Positions 28,341 through 39,514 of a stretch of 64,000 nt of DNA are shown here, one piece after another; position 1 is the stretch's first letter; each line of letters begins with the position of its first letter. Under the pieces are notes generated by a model, which saw only the letters and a program-made list of their open reading frames with translations, did not search any database and was not told the origin of the DNA. Source of the DNA: a virus (taxonomy: Duplodnaviria; Caudoviricetes); IMG/VR virus record IMGVR_UViG_3300011871_000002, positions 96,001 to 160,000 of that record; one strand, written 5' to 3'. Made by a program: the position numbers and the translations under genes.

Positions 28341-29752
28341 ACCAGAGTCTCAATGCCGGCGCTGAGCTGGATGATGAACCAACTGAAACGCCTGTCGAAG
28401 AACTCGACCTGAGCGGCGAGACCGAGCAGTTCGTGGCCATGGAAGCGGCCCTGGCTGACCTGGCGGGCCTGATGGATGAAATCCAAACCACCGGCGGCAT
28501 GTCCAAAGGCTTTGCCATGGAAGCGCACCGGATCATGCCAGAAGTCCTGTCGGCCCCGCCAGAATTCTTCTCGATGTCACCCACCGCCACGCGCTACCGC
28601 ATGTCGCTCGAAGAGATCGACAAAGGCATGTGGGGGCTGATCGCAGCGGCCGTGGCGGCAGTCATCGCGGCCATTTACAAAATCTGGAAGTGGCTCTCCG
28701 GCGACAAAGACGGCGACGGCAACAATGCTACCGCTACGAAGAATGCTGAGCAAAAGGTCGAGGATGTTCAGCAAACCAGTGAAGCCACCGTCGAGATGGC
28801 GGAAGGCATGGTCGAAGCCGGCCGTGAACTGCGTTCGAACCCGATCCAGTTCCAAGGCAAGGACGGCACTGTGCGCTGGAACAGCATGGACCAGCTGATC
28901 GACTCGGTGTTCGTCAACGACGAGCGTTACGGCGAAGAGAAGAAGTTCTTCCTCAACCCGAAACCGATCCACCGCGACATCATCAAGCACGGCAAGTACA
29001 GCGAAGCCATCGGCCACCTGGCCAAGGCCCAGGTGTTCAATCGCGCTGCCGAGGCCATCATGGCCAAGATTCGCCTGCTGCAAGACATCGAGCACCGCGA
29101 CCGCAATGCTCAGGGCCAGCAAATCCCCGGCATCGACAAAGAGCTGAACCAGATCGCCGCACCCATTACCCTCACCTACGAGGGCAAGACCTTGACCTTG
29201 CAGCAACTGGCCAATCTCCTACGCACCAAGCGCGAAGAAGCCGAAGCCAACAAGGACACCCATCGTCTGCACTACGATGAGATGTTCAACGAGGTGGCGA
29301 AAGCCTACAAGAACAAGGAGCTGGTTGAACTGCTCAAGCAGATGGTCAATTATCTGCCAGTACTCAACGAAATGCGCGAGGGTCTGCAAAAGACGCAGGA
29401 CTATGTGGGTGACCTTACCCAAGACGGCCAACCGGGCGGCAACTCGCCCCAAGTCGCGCAGCGTATCCGTGCCTTGATTTCCACCATGCACGAGCAGCTG
29501 GTGGGTTTCACGGCACTGGCCAACGAAGTCGACCACTATGTGCACCATTTCAAGAGCCTCTCGTCCAATACGGTCGGGTTCGGCAAAGAGATCGTGCGCA
29601 AGGTCACCAAGCACATGAGCTTGGCAGAGGTGGAAGAAATTCCAACCGAATGGAAGAAGATCGTGGCTGGTATTGAAGCCACGCTCGATGCCATGGAAAA
29701 GAGCCACTTCCCCAGTGGCGTGCACCGCGGCCTGCGCGGCTTGCTGCGCTAA
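28337..29752 (+). CDS. Internal head (ejection) protein
   Basis: Acidic propeptide with AME/AME/SLE sites followed by an amphipathic helix (IAAAVAAVIAAIYKIWKWL). Confidence 0.7.
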   Translation: MNQSLNAGAELDDEPTETPVEELDLSGETEQFVAMEAALADLAGLMDEIQTTGGMSKGFAMEAHRIMPEVLSAPPEFFSMSPTATRYRMSLEEIDKGMWGLIAAAVAAVIAAIYKIWKWLSGDKDGDGNNATATKNAEQKVEDVQQTSEATVEMAEGMVEAGRELRSNPIQFQGKDGTVRWNSMDQLIDSVFVNDERYGEEKKFFLNPKPIHRDIIKHGKYSEAIGHLAKAQVFNRAAEAIMAKIRLLQDIEHRDRNAQGQQIPGIDKELNQIAAPITLTYEGKTLTLQQLANLLRTKREEAEANKDTHRLHYDEMFNEVAKAYKNKELVELLKQMVNYLPVLNEMREGLQKTQDYVGDLTQDGQPGGNSPQVAQRIRALISTMHEQLVGFTALANEVDHYVHHFKSLSSNTVGFGKEIVRKVTKHMSLAEVEEIPTEWKKIVAGIEATLDAMEKSHFPSGVHRGLRGLLR

Positions 29753-29759
29753 GCTAGTC

Positions 29760-29811
29760 CGGCATAAAGCCCCTAACCCGCCGTGATGGTAGGTTAGGGG
29801 CTTTATGCCGG
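29760..29811. terminator. Bidirectional long hairpin with CGGCATAAA/TTTATGCCG arms
   Basis: CGGCATAAAGCCCCTAACC...GGTTAGGGGCTTTATGCCG between convergent genes. Confidence 0.85.
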
Positions 29812-29818
29812 ATTGGCA

Positions 29819-32716
29819 TCACTCCATCAGGTCAAACTCCACCGACACGTCTTCGCGCGTCACAAGCGTACCATCTGCCAGTGCCACCAAACGCTTGCGC
29901 AGACTGCAACGGTTCGCTTCACTCAGTACCCGCAGCGAAGAGAGCTGTTCAGCGCCACCCAGACCCGAGACACGGAAACTAATCACATCGTCACCGTATT
30001 GCTCGGCCAGTGCTTGGTTAATCGCGCTATCGGCCACCGTGGTGTTTTCCAGCTGTTCGCTAAGTGTTCGGATACTCACCGCTTCGAGCTGCTTACGCAG
30101 TTCGTTATCGCGATAGACCAGTGACGGCACAGCCAAGCGCAGCACGAACGATTGCTCTGCCTGGATGGACTTGGTCAGGCCATTGCCCACTGACACATCG
30201 ATCATTCCCAGTGTCGTTTTCGGATAGAAATAAACACGGGTCTTTTCAAGGACTTTCTTCGACAGGTTGGCCAGATCGTTGACCAGCCAATCCACTACTT
30301 TCTTGGTCAGCTCCTTGCGGTAGTTGACCGTGGTAACGTCATTGGCAAACCAGTAGGTGCCATCGACCATGAACAGGTCAAGCACTCGGCGCACACCTCG
30401 GCCTGATACAGCGATGGGTTTGCCTTCCGTGTCGACTTTGATGTCACCTGCACGGTACTTGTAGACGGGTTCTCCGTTTGCATTGAGTACCGGGGTACCT
30501 GCGGCATGCAAGACATTGAAAACAACCTGGCCGTTGGCATCGAACTGCACTGGCGAGCCGTCGACCAGTTCGTACACATCTTTATCATAGTACAGCGGCA
30601 CATCCACCGCATGCTTTTCGTACTCGGTACCCAGTGTGTAACTGCGGCTACGCGACCACAGGGTTTTGAGGGCGTTGCCGAACTTGATCTTGAGTTTTTC
30701 GTGCGTGACACCCGCTACGACTGCCGGCAAGAACAGCCGCCCCAGTGCTTCATCGATATCGCTTGGCACCCACTGGGTATCCATGGGGGTACTCACCGCA
30801 TACAGGATGTCAAACTCCGTGGTGAGTCCCACGCCAGTCAGGCGCGCTTCATTGCTATACATCAGGAACTTGGTCAGTTGCAGCAAGTTCTCGCTGTTGA
30901 CATGGAAGTTGGTGGCCAGGTCGAATTCATAGATGCGTTCTTCCGATGCATTGCGACCCACGTAGCGACCATTGAGATACGCCCGTTCGCGCTCACCACT
31001 GGGGACAAAGGCCAATTGAACAAAGATTTCTTCATCCGGCAAGTTGCGCACCGTCTCAGACGAGTTAGTGACAATTTGCAACATGTAACCGGAACCCACG
31101 CGGAACACGCCATAGGCGGCGGTGGAGATCTGAAGCAGTGTGGTCGCATTTTCTGCCACAAACGTTTTAGACAGGGCTTCCGGCGCGTCTAAGTGATATG
31201 GACGCAGGTCGAACTCTGTCCCACTACTGTCTAGCACGTAGTGGAAAGGATTAAAACGCCAGTTGGACTGGGATACTGCCAGTGCCCGCTTCTCGGGCGG
31301 CATGGCGAGCAACACATCCACCTCGCTCTTAGAAACCGGCGAGGTCACCCCGTTGATTTGTCGGTACAGCGTGTCAGGCGTGATGGTTAGGGCAGTGCCG
31401 TTGTTAATGACAGTGTCGAGTAAGGCGAGTTTATTCATCTCCACCGACACTGACTCGATCGCGGCTGCCGCTGCTGTCAACAGTTTCTTGTCCGACGGCT
31501 CTGGCATCGGCTTGGTGGCCAAGAATACCCGCTCGGTGATGTTGTCAACTTCGAGCACGACGCCGTAGCCGTTTTGCTCCAGCTTGGTTTCCAGTTGCAC
31601 GGTGGAAATCGGATACTCGATTTCCACGCCAGTCGTGTTCTTTATCACACGCTCGCGCAGCGTGTGCAGCGGAAGCGCCACCGAACCACCAGTGACCGCG
31701 CTAACCGGGAAGGGGATCAGTTGCTGGAAGTTGTTCATCGGGGCGGTGTAGACCGTCTCTTCCGATTTGTCGTAACTCATCCAGGTCACACCGAATTCAT
31801 CCGACGGGTATTCTGCCAGATCCAGTTCCAGCTTGCCGTAAGTCTGGTACAGGTCTACCCGAATCTTTCGGCTGGACAGAATGGTGTTGGTGTAGATCTG
31901 GGGGATACGCACTTGCAACGTTTTGTTCACGACTCGCAGTACTGCGGTAATGACGGTGGGGTCATATACCTGTTCGCTGTGGGTGGTGGCAATTTCTTGC
32001 CAGCCCGTATCGGTTTCTGCGTACACACGTGCGTAATAGAACTCACGCTCGAACGGCATCGCCATGGAGAATTCTTTGCCCAGCGTAGTACTTTCTTGCT
32101 TGGACTTGATTTCGAACTGCTGGGTATCCACAAAGAGCCGCACATACCGCACCCCGTCAACGCTTTCGGCGTACTCCCAATCCACCAGATTCGTATCCAG
32201 CGTCAGGAGCGGCGAGGGTTTGCTGACATCGTACACGATGCGTAAGCCTTCGTGCTGGAGTTGGCTGATGATGATGGGGTACTGCAAGGAAAAGGTGTAA
32301 CCGCCCGCCACGAAGTAGGTGTTGCGTGGGATGACCAGTTTGCGGCTCTTGGTGCTGGGGTCTTCGACCATGCGGTTGAGCAGCTCGTCCTCTGCCACCA
32401 GAATACCAAATCGGGCTTTACTCGGCGTAGCAAAGCGCCCCACATAGTCTTTGTCCGACATGTGCAGGTACAGTTCGCTCTCGGTCTGGGCCAATTGGGG
32501 GTACAGGCGCCGAACGGTAGAGGCGTGCTCATCCATGAAGGCGCTATACAGACAGGCGGCCGACTCGATACACAACACCACTGGATTGGTGGGGTCAACC
32601 AGATTGATGCGGCCATTGCTAATGTCTTGCGCTACTGCCAAGACTTCCCGCATCGCGCGTGTCGGATCGTACTGGTATTCTTGAAGATTGGAAATCAAGG
32701 TTTCGATACTGTTCAT
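29819..32716 (-). CDS. Large virion structural protein, probable baseplate wedge (phiKZ gp87-like)
   Basis: 965 aa; N-terminal DPTNP...(I)E...A....LY.H pattern of baseplate-J/gp6-like proteins; synteny. Confidence 0.65.
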   Translation of the reverse strand: MNSIETLISNLQEYQYDPTRAMREVLAVAQDISNGRINLVDPTNPVVLCIESAACLYSAFMDEHASTVRRLYPQLAQTESELYLHMSDKDYVGRFATPSKARFGILVAEDELLNRMVEDPSTKSRKLVIPRNTYFVAGGYTFSLQYPIIISQLQHEGLRIVYDVSKPSPLLTLDTNLVDWEYAESVDGVRYVRLFVDTQQFEIKSKQESTTLGKEFSMAMPFEREFYYARVYAETDTGWQEIATTHSEQVYDPTVITAVLRVVNKTLQVRIPQIYTNTILSSRKIRVDLYQTYGKLELDLAEYPSDEFGVTWMSYDKSEETVYTAPMNNFQQLIPFPVSAVTGGSVALPLHTLRERVIKNTTGVEIEYPISTVQLETKLEQNGYGVVLEVDNITERVFLATKPMPEPSDKKLLTAAAAAIESVSVEMNKLALLDTVINNGTALTITPDTLYRQINGVTSPVSKSEVDVLLAMPPEKRALAVSQSNWRFNPFHYVLDSSGTEFDLRPYHLDAPEALSKTFVAENATTLLQISTAAYGVFRVGSGYMLQIVTNSSETVRNLPDEEIFVQLAFVPSGERERAYLNGRYVGRNASEERIYEFDLATNFHVNSENLLQLTKFLMYSNEARLTGVGLTTEFDILYAVSTPMDTQWVPSDIDEALGRLFLPAVVAGVTHEKLKIKFGNALKTLWSRSRSYTLGTEYEKHAVDVPLYYDKDVYELVDGSPVQFDANGQVVFNVLHAAGTPVLNANGEPVYKYRAGDIKVDTEGKPIAVSGRGVRRVLDLFMVDGTYWFANDVTTVNYRKELTKKVVDWLVNDLANLSKKVLEKTRVYFYPKTTLGMIDVSVGNGLTKSIQAEQSFVLRLAVPSLVYRDNELRKQLEAVSIRTLSEQLENTTVADSAINQALAEQYGDDVISFRVSGLGGAEQLSSLRVLSEANRCSLRKRLVALADGTLVTREDVSVEFDLME

Positions 32717-33801
32717 GCCGTTCTCCGTTTCTTTTGGCTGGTGTAGATGGACAGCTTTTGGTTATAAATGTCCTTGGGCACCCACCACTCCAATTCGTAG
32801 GTGTTCGGGTTGATCCGGGGATAACCGCGGTTATTGAAAATCTCTAAGAACTCCGCATCGACGCGCCGGTACATGCTCTCTCGATACCGGTTCTTCATGG
32901 TGTCGTTAAAGAGCTGGACAGTGCGATTGAACTCGTAGATGAGCATGTCGTACATGTACAGCGCACCGAAACAGCGGAAGTTAATCGACATGGTGTCATG
33001 GGCGTCGTTGTAGGGCTTCTCGGTGGAGAAGTTAAACATCGCCCCCATCGGCGCTGACACCGGTAGTGCAGCACCGCACGCGGCAATACCTGTGACCACT
33101 GTTTTGGACGCATCCATCGTCAGGCGATAAATGCGCGTTTGGTAGTCGATTTCGTTTTCGATGATGTTCTCGTAATGGGGAACCAGGATGCCTTGGTAGA
33201 TCAAGGACATGTAGTGTATCCACGTAAAGAACAATAGTGTGATAGGACTACCAGGCATGTTGCGAAAATCGGCCGTAATATCGTATGCCGAATAATCCTG
33301 TGCAACGCCATCGACCATCCCCCAGGTCTGTTTATACGCCCCATCAGGGGCTACGTACGTGTCTGCTTTCACATCCGGCCACCCGCTCATGGAGACTAGG
33401 TGGTTAGACAGAAGCGGAATAAACGCCTGCTGGTTATCGACAAAAGGGCAACGGATGCCGTGTTTTACCAACTCTCGGTCGAGAGTGTTGCGGATCGCCC
33501 GCTGCACGCTTTCTTCTTTTGTGGTGAGCAGTGCCGTGAGCTGGCGCGCAAGGTTCAAGTTTTCCGTGGCAAGGTTAAACTTTGGCCGCGTGAAAAACGT
33601 CAAGCCAAACGTATCTTTGTTGATCGGGACGGCAGCCGGCTGTTGTCGGTGATTAATGCCGTAAAAGCTATTACCAATTGCCGCGTCGAGTTCCCCCAGA
33701 CTGGTAGTCTGAAAAACCTGTACCACCGCATCGGGCACCGAATCATAGTCGATCTTTTTAATGATCTCGGCTATGTCAATTCTGTTAGCACTATCGGCCA
33801 T
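32713..33801 (-). CDS. Virion structural protein (phiKZ gp88-like; tail-tube/hub-like)
   Basis: 362 aa; FFTRP.FNL motif; coupled to the 965-aa gene. Confidence 0.6.
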   Translation of the reverse strand: MADSANRIDIAEIIKKIDYDSVPDAVVQVFQTTSLGELDAAIGNSFYGINHRQQPAAVPINKDTFGLTFFTRPKFNLATENLNLARQLTALLTTKEESVQRAIRNTLDRELVKHGIRCPFVDNQQAFIPLLSNHLVSMSGWPDVKADTYVAPDGAYKQTWGMVDGVAQDYSAYDITADFRNMPGSPITLLFFTWIHYMSLIYQGILVPHYENIIENEIDYQTRIYRLTMDASKTVVTGIAACGAALPVSAPMGAMFNFSTEKPYNDAHDTMSINFRCFGALYMYDMLIYEFNRTVQLFNDTMKNRYRESMYRRVDAEFLEIFNNRGYPRINPNTYELEWWVPKDIYNQKLSIYTSQKKRRTA

Positions 33802-33830
33802 CTAAAACCTCATGTAAAAGGAATGGAAAC

Positions 33831-34916
33831 ATGTCAGACAATTCCCCAACCACCTTGGCGTTTGTGCGCTTCATCCAAGACCTGTGGCGGGCCGGTAAAT
33901 CCGACTCGCTGGTCGACTACACCCGTGAATCGCGTGTCGAGCCCAAGCTCTTGATCGCTACCGACGTCCTGTACAACGACATGCTGCCAGACGTATCGCA
34001 GACACTGTTGTCACTGGTGGCAGGCTATTACCTGCAAGCTGTGGCACTGTCGGTCAATGTCGGCAAGATCGAGGTGCACCGCACCCTCGCTAAGCTCAAT
34101 CCGAACCGCAGCGTTTCCAATGACGCCGCCGACTCGCTGGGCTGGCTGATGGCGCAAGAGAACTACAAACACCGCCTGCCGACCTTCGAAGCCAAGGCAG
34201 CACTCGAAGCGATCAGCACTCGCGTGCCCGAGGTCAATACCTTCTCCGTAGCGCGTGACACGCACCGAGAACTTAAGGAGCTGAGCAATCTGTCGGTGGG
34301 GAAACTGCTGATGGTGGATATCAGTGACGGTCTCCATCGTGGGACCATCCCGGTGTCGATCCGTCTGCAAGCGACAAGCCTGCCAACCGAGCGACTGGCT
34401 CATATCTTAGCGATGGGCGCCAAGGACATTTCGGTGAAAGAGCGCTGGAAACAAGTCACTTCCGGCGAGATCGAGATGATGCGCGATTTCCTGCTGTGCA
34501 ACGACCTGGTCGACGAACGCAAGAAGAACCTGCGCGCCGACAAGACCGGCGTGTATGCAGAAATCCTGGGCCAGCGCCGCAAGAACCAATTGTCGGCCAT
34601 CGTGTCGGCCAATCCGTCGGTCGCCACCGCTTCGAACATGGCGATCATCTCGCGCGACACCGCCAACGAACTGGAAATGCTGGTCAACGGCAAGCTGTCC
34701 AACCCGAAAGTGCGGGAACGCGTCTTCGACGAGAAATCGCTGATGATCATGGCAGTGCTCGACACGGCCGATTCGCGCGTGACCTTCTACACCCGCGGCA
34801 TCGCCATGGCCACCGAAATGGGCATCCGCGACCTGCGCGCCGCCAACAAAGGCGACGGCCCGAACGTGTCAGACGTGCTCAAGGCGTACCAGTTGGGGAA
34901 CTCCCCTATGCTGTAA
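33831..34916 (+). CDS. Inner-body/head protein (phiKZ gp89-like)
   Basis: 361 aa; internal AQE/ALE sites; synteny. Confidence 0.6.
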   Translation: MSDNSPTTLAFVRFIQDLWRAGKSDSLVDYTRESRVEPKLLIATDVLYNDMLPDVSQTLLSLVAGYYLQAVALSVNVGKIEVHRTLAKLNPNRSVSNDAADSLGWLMAQENYKHRLPTFEAKAALEAISTRVPEVNTFSVARDTHRELKELSNLSVGKLLMVDISDGLHRGTIPVSIRLQATSLPTERLAHILAMGAKDISVKERWKQVTSGEIEMMRDFLLCNDLVDERKKNLRADKTGVYAEILGQRRKNQLSAIVSANPSVATASNMAIISRDTANELEMLVNGKLSNPKVRERVFDEKSLMIMAVLDTADSRVTFYTRGIAMATEMGIRDLRAANKGDGPNVSDVLKAYQLGNSPML

Positions 34917-34986
34917 TACACAGCAAACAAGTCCTCTTTTCGACCCGTGAGCACTGGGGTGCTCACTTACACAGGTAAAAACTAAC

Positions 34987-35883
34987 ATGAGCAAGATGAG
35001 CGACTTTTTGGCGGGCCTCCTGCCAAACTTCGACAAAGACCGCGTCCTCGAAGACGTGCGTTTGCGTCGTGCAGAAATCAAAGAAAGCACCGAACCGGTC
35101 TACGACGGCGCCGCCCCCTTCCTGGCGAAATGGGACATCAAGTCCAAGGAAGTGAAAGAACTGCAAGTGGCGTTCCAGCGCGTGACGCGGGCACGGGACA
35201 ACATGTTCGTGCACATCCACAAAGCGTTCCCGAACATCCTCAAAAACCTCGACGAAGTCGAAGAGCTGATCACGCGCGTCTACAACGATGAAATCGCTGG
35301 CAGCGGCCTGTCGTACATGAAAGCAAACCTGCTCCAGTTCGTCGAGTGCACGGGCTTCGTGGCGCGCTTCTCGCGCAAGCTGATTTCCTATGTGTTCATC
35401 CACGAAACCGGTCAATTCGAAGAAGGAGGCACCAATGTGGCCGAAAGTCTGACCCCGTCCGAGCGCCAATACATCGAGGCGAACTTCTCGAACTTCTGCC
35501 TGGCTCTGGTGGCGATTTCGGGTAACCCAGCCAATGTCAAGCACGCCCTGAACGACGTGCCCGACATCATCGTCACCGCCGACAACGCCCAGTCGCTGGG
35601 CAAGACCATGGGTGAAAACAAGCTCGACCCGCTGGGGATGCGCTTCATCACCGGCAAATGGTCGCCGATCTACCATGTGCGCATGATGGTGGCCGAATGG
35701 CAAAACGCCCGCTACCGTGAAGCCAAGGAAGAACTGGCTTTGCTGCAACTGCGCAAGCTCAACATGGAGCAGCTCAAAGCTGGTAAACCGGACGCCGGCG
35801 TGCAAAAGAAGATCGATGCCCTGGAACGCCGTATCCAAGACATGACGGTCAAGATCAAGCGCATGGAGGAGAGCAATGACTAA
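34987..35883 (+). CDS. Virion structural protein (phiKZ gp90-like)
   Basis: 298 aa; C-terminal coiled coil; biased codons. Confidence 0.6.
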   Translation: MSKMSDFLAGLLPNFDKDRVLEDVRLRRAEIKESTEPVYDGAAPFLAKWDIKSKEVKELQVAFQRVTRARDNMFVHIHKAFPNILKNLDEVEELITRVYNDEIAGSGLSYMKANLLQFVECTGFVARFSRKLISYVFIHETGQFEEGGTNVAESLTPSERQYIEANFSNFCLALVAISGNPANVKHALNDVPDIIVTADNAQSLGKTMGENKLDPLGMRFITGKWSPIYHVRMMVAEWQNARYREAKEELALLQLRKLNMEQLKAGKPDAGVQKKIDALERRIQDMTVKIKRMEESND

Positions 35884-36478
35884 TCCGCGCCCCGGCTGGC
35901 GGCTGTACACGCGCGGCTTCGTCGGTGGCATTCCTGCGACCAAGATGGAGCGCATGGAGCCGCGTGAGACGCGCATCCACCAAGATCAAGGCCGAATCGT
36001 GATTTCCCAACCAGGTGACAACGACCTGTGCGTGAACGACGAGGTCGAAGAACTGTACGCGTCGTACATCAAGAACCTGCCCGACGTGACGAGCATCGAC
36101 TTTCGCAACAAGGTGCTCAAAGCGGCTCTGCATGCGTTCGGCTCGATGTCGTTCTTCCGCTGGTACTCTGCCCAGCGCGCTAGTCCCGGCATGGGTGACT
36201 TGCAGTACCGCTTCCTTGCCGACACCCTCGGTTACCTGCAAGGACAGCGCCGCAGCATGGATATGCCTATGTGGGAAGACTTGCTGACTGCTACGCAAGC
36301 GGTCGAAACTTCCCCGGTCTATGTGGCAGCGTCCGAGAAATTCTTCGGCGTGCACCCGACCATGTCCAAAGCGGATCGAAATGACGACCTGATCGACGTC
36401 ATCCAGATGTGGTGTTCCCGTCCCAACGGTATTGAAGATTTGCTACAATCTCTTCACTTATTGTTTGGGAACCCGTAA
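35876..36478 (+). CDS. Conserved hypothetical/virion protein
   Basis: RBS GGAGGAG; 200 aa. Confidence 0.6.
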   Translation: MTNPRPGWRLYTRGFVGGIPATKMERMEPRETRIHQDQGRIVISQPGDNDLCVNDEVEELYASYIKNLPDVTSIDFRNKVLKAALHAFGSMSFFRWYSAQRASPGMGDLQYRFLADTLGYLQGQRRSMDMPMWEDLLTATQAVETSPVYVAASEKFFGVHPTMSKADRNDDLIDVIQMWCSRPNGIEDLLQSLHLLFGNP

Positions 36479-36597
36479 ATCACGGAGTCCGTGATTATTA
36501 AATAGTATAGTGGTCTGAATTAAGGCCATGGAATTTACTCGCGAGTAAAGTCTGAACTATCCCATCCAAATCACCTATTGCAATAGGAGCAACACCC

Positions 36598-37935
36598 ATG
36601 CGTAAATTTTTCACTGGCGGTCGCGGCGGCATCATGGCCCTCGAAAACGACAACACCCCTGCTGAATCGGAAGGCGTCGTCGAAGACGCAGCGAACTCCG
36701 CTGAAACCGCCCTGCTGGAAGTGAACGAAGAAACCGCCGAAGGCGAAACCGCAGAAGCTGCCGTCGACGAAGCCGTCGAAGCCGTCTCGTCGCTGGAATC
36801 GTACCTGGTCGCACTGGAAGCTGCCAACGCCGAAGGTGGCCTGAGCCGTTCGGGCGCCGCCGTCATGAACATCGGCCTGGAACACATCTACAGCCGTCTG
36901 GGCTACGAAAAGGGCGAAACCGCCGTGGTCTCGCTGGAAAACTTCGGCCAGAACAGCTCGCGCGCCGGCGCCACCCAGATCGCCATGGAAGGCGTGAAGG
37001 AAAAGATCAAGGAGATCTGGGCCGCCATCATCTCCCACATCAAGAAAGCCATCGAGTGGATCAAGGGCCACTTCGCCAAGATCTTCGGCGCCGCCGAGAA
37101 GCTGGAAAAGCGCGCCAAGGCACTGTCGGAAGCCTCCAAGGGCATCAGCGGCCAGCCGAAAGAGAAGAGCTTCGAGAACGAGCGCCTGGTCAAGGCCCTG
37201 CACATCGACGGCAACATCCCTGGCTCGGTGTCGGCACAGCTGGCACAGATCACCAAGACCGCTGACGCCGTCTTCACCGGCCTGGCCGACTTCAACGCCA
37301 AGGGCGCCGACAAGCTGCTCGAAGAGATGGGCAAGACCGATGGCAAAGTCGACCAGATCGCCGCCATCCCGCTGGGCAGTATCGCCGGCATGGGCGAAGT
37401 GACCAATCCGGAAGGCGCTGGCTTCAGCAAGCCGACCGACGGTCTGACCCTGTACCGCGGCCTGAAGCTGATGGGCAACCGTACCGTCATCGTCGAAGCA
37501 GCGAAATCGGCCGTGACTGGCGAAGCTGCCGTGAACGCCGCATCGAAGTCCTCGGTCGCTGTCGGCGCCTACGACCCGAAAGCCAAAGACCCGACCAAGA
37601 CCACCGTCACCGTCGTCGATCCGGGCGAAGTCGGCAAGATCGCTGACGAAGTCGCTGTCATGGCCCGCGAAGTCATCAAGTACAAGGCCAAGCTGCCGAA
37701 GGCTGGTGACCTGAAGGCCAAGATCGTCGCCGCTGCTGAACGTGCCGGCAAGGAAGCCCTGACCGAAGAAGACAAGGGCAAGGCTGCCTACCACAGCGCC
37801 ATGCAGAAGATCGCGACCAACACCGTCAACAACCTGGACCGCGCGCCGGCTGCCATGGCGTCCTACGTGCTGAACACCGGCAAGGCCGCCCTGGACCTGG
37901 CCGAGCAGTCGCTCAAGCAGTACACCACCAAGTAA
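36598..37935 (+). CDS. Internal head protein (phiKZ gp93-97 paralog family)
   Basis: Acidic propeptide with ALE, SLE, ALE, GLE, SLE, AME sites, then IKEIWAAI...IEWIK helix; extreme codon bias. Confidence 0.8.
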   Translation: MRKFFTGGRGGIMALENDNTPAESEGVVEDAANSAETALLEVNEETAEGETAEAAVDEAVEAVSSLESYLVALEAANAEGGLSRSGAAVMNIGLEHIYSRLGYEKGETAVVSLENFGQNSSRAGATQIAMEGVKEKIKEIWAAIISHIKKAIEWIKGHFAKIFGAAEKLEKRAKALSEASKGISGQPKEKSFENERLVKALHIDGNIPGSVSAQLAQITKTADAVFTGLADFNAKGADKLLEEMGKTDGKVDQIAAIPLGSIAGMGEVTNPEGAGFSKPTDGLTLYRGLKLMGNRTVIVEAAKSAVTGEAAVNAASKSSVAVGAYDPKAKDPTKTTVTVVDPGEVGKIADEVAVMAREVIKYKAKLPKAGDLKAKIVAAAERAGKEALTEEDKGKAAYHSAMQKIATNTVNNLDRAPAAMASYVLNTGKAALDLAEQSLKQYTTK

Positions 37936-38014
37936 TCTCATCGATCCGGCACCGTAGCGGGCACATTCCGCTACGGGTCGTTTTACATCCCTCTCGTATA
38001 AAAAGGTATAGCAC

Positions 38015-39391
38015 ATGCGCCGCCACCTCCTGAATTCCTCCCTGGAAGGTTTCCACGTTCCGGGTACCAACCAGTTCCTGTCGCTGGAAGAAGAGCAAGA
38101 CCTGGTCGTCGAAGCCACCGCTGAAGGCGCTGCCATCGACACCGAGCTGAACGAAGTCGACCGCATGGCCGACATGTCCGACGCCCTCGAAGACCTGGCA
38201 GTCGTCGCCGACGGCATCGCTGGCGAAAACGGCGACGGCGAAGCCACCCAGACCGAAGCCGCCCTGATGGACACCGTCGCCAACGCGGCCGTCGCCGGCA
38301 CCGACGTGGACGCGTCGGAAATCGTCCCCGCCATGGAAAGCCATGGCGGCAAGCGTCGTTACGCGGCCGAATCGATCCGCGAGCGCGCTCGTGCGATCTG
38401 GGAAGCCATCAAGAAGATCCTGAAGCAGGTGTGGGAAAAGATCACCTCCTTCATGTACAAGATCTTCGGCACCATCCCGACCCTGCGTCGCCGCGTCGAA
38501 GACCTGAAGAAGCGCGTGCGCGACAACGGCAGCCGCACCATCGAAGAGAAGAAGATCACCGTCACGAGCGGCATCTCCGCCCTGTCGGCGAACTACAAGA
38601 CCCCGTCGAACGCGGCCGAGCTGCGCAAGAACTTCATGGCTCTGCTGAAGGCGGACCAGGAAATCTACGGCAGCGAATTCGACGTCGGCATCAAGGTCGG
38701 CGAAGCCGTCCTGGACGGCATCAACGACTTCGATCCGGAAAAGGCCGAGGCCACCGCCAAGGACTTCCTGGACAAGGTCGTCGCCGCCATGAAGAAGGAC
38801 AAGGCATCGGGCCTGGCGTCCCACAGCGTGAGTGGCAACCGTTTCGGCGAGAACGTCGACGCCAAGATGAGCGACCCGCTGCTGGGCAACATCAGCATCG
38901 TTCTCAAGATCCCGACCTACGTCGAACACAAGCCGGGTTCGGGTTCGACCCTGGGCATCCTGGAAAACATCCGCGGCTACGGCCGTGAAGTCGTCCAGAC
39001 CTCGGAAAAACCGAAGGACATGCCGAACACCTTCGAGATGTCGACCGCCACCAACGCCGAGATGTCGGCGCTGCTGGACGACGTCGTCGACATGCTGGAC
39101 GTGCTGGAGAAGTTCCAGCGCGGCAAGCGCGCCGACGAGATGAAGAAGCTCAAGGGCAAGCTGGAAACCGCTTCCGACAAGGCTACCGCGGCCATGAACA
39201 AGCTCAACGCCAAGGAAGACAAGGCCGACCAAGTCGCCGTGCCTTACTACCGCGCTCTGCTGAACTTCAACCAGGCTTACGCGCGCTGGATGAAGGACCC
39301 GGCCCTGCCGATGGTCTCGCACTCGCTGGCTTCGATCCGCGGCGTCGTCAACGTCGTGCAGAAGTCGCTGTCGAACTACAAGGCTGCCTAA
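38015..39391 (+). CDS. Internal head protein (paralog)
   Basis: SLE, SLE, ALE, AME, AAE sites, then IWEAIKKILKQVWEKI helix; extreme codon bias. Confidence 0.8.
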   Translation: MRRHLLNSSLEGFHVPGTNQFLSLEEEQDLVVEATAEGAAIDTELNEVDRMADMSDALEDLAVVADGIAGENGDGEATQTEAALMDTVANAAVAGTDVDASEIVPAMESHGGKRRYAAESIRERARAIWEAIKKILKQVWEKITSFMYKIFGTIPTLRRRVEDLKKRVRDNGSRTIEEKKITVTSGISALSANYKTPSNAAELRKNFMALLKADQEIYGSEFDVGIKVGEAVLDGINDFDPEKAEATAKDFLDKVVAAMKKDKASGLASHSVSGNRFGENVDAKMSDPLLGNISIVLKIPTYVEHKPGSGSTLGILENIRGYGREVVQTSEKPKDMPNTFEMSTATNAEMSALLDDVVDMLDVLEKFQRGKRADEMKKLKGKLETASDKATAAMNKLNAKEDKADQVAVPYYRALLNFNQAYARWMKDPALPMVSHSLASIRGVVNVVQKSLSNYKAA

Positions 39392-39416
39392 TCGGCGCCG
39401 CGTAGTAGACGCGTAG

Positions 39417-39456
39417 AAAACCACCCCGATTTCGGTCGGGGTGGTTTTTATGCCGG
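39417..39456 (+). terminator. Intrinsic terminator with TTTATGCCGG
   Basis: AAAACCACCCCGAT-ttcg-GTCGGGGTGGTTTTT. Confidence 0.85.
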
Positions 39457-39514
39457 AGTGTAAAAAAATATGTTGCATAGATTGTTTGGCCCAACTCTTC
39501 ATTAGGAACCCGTC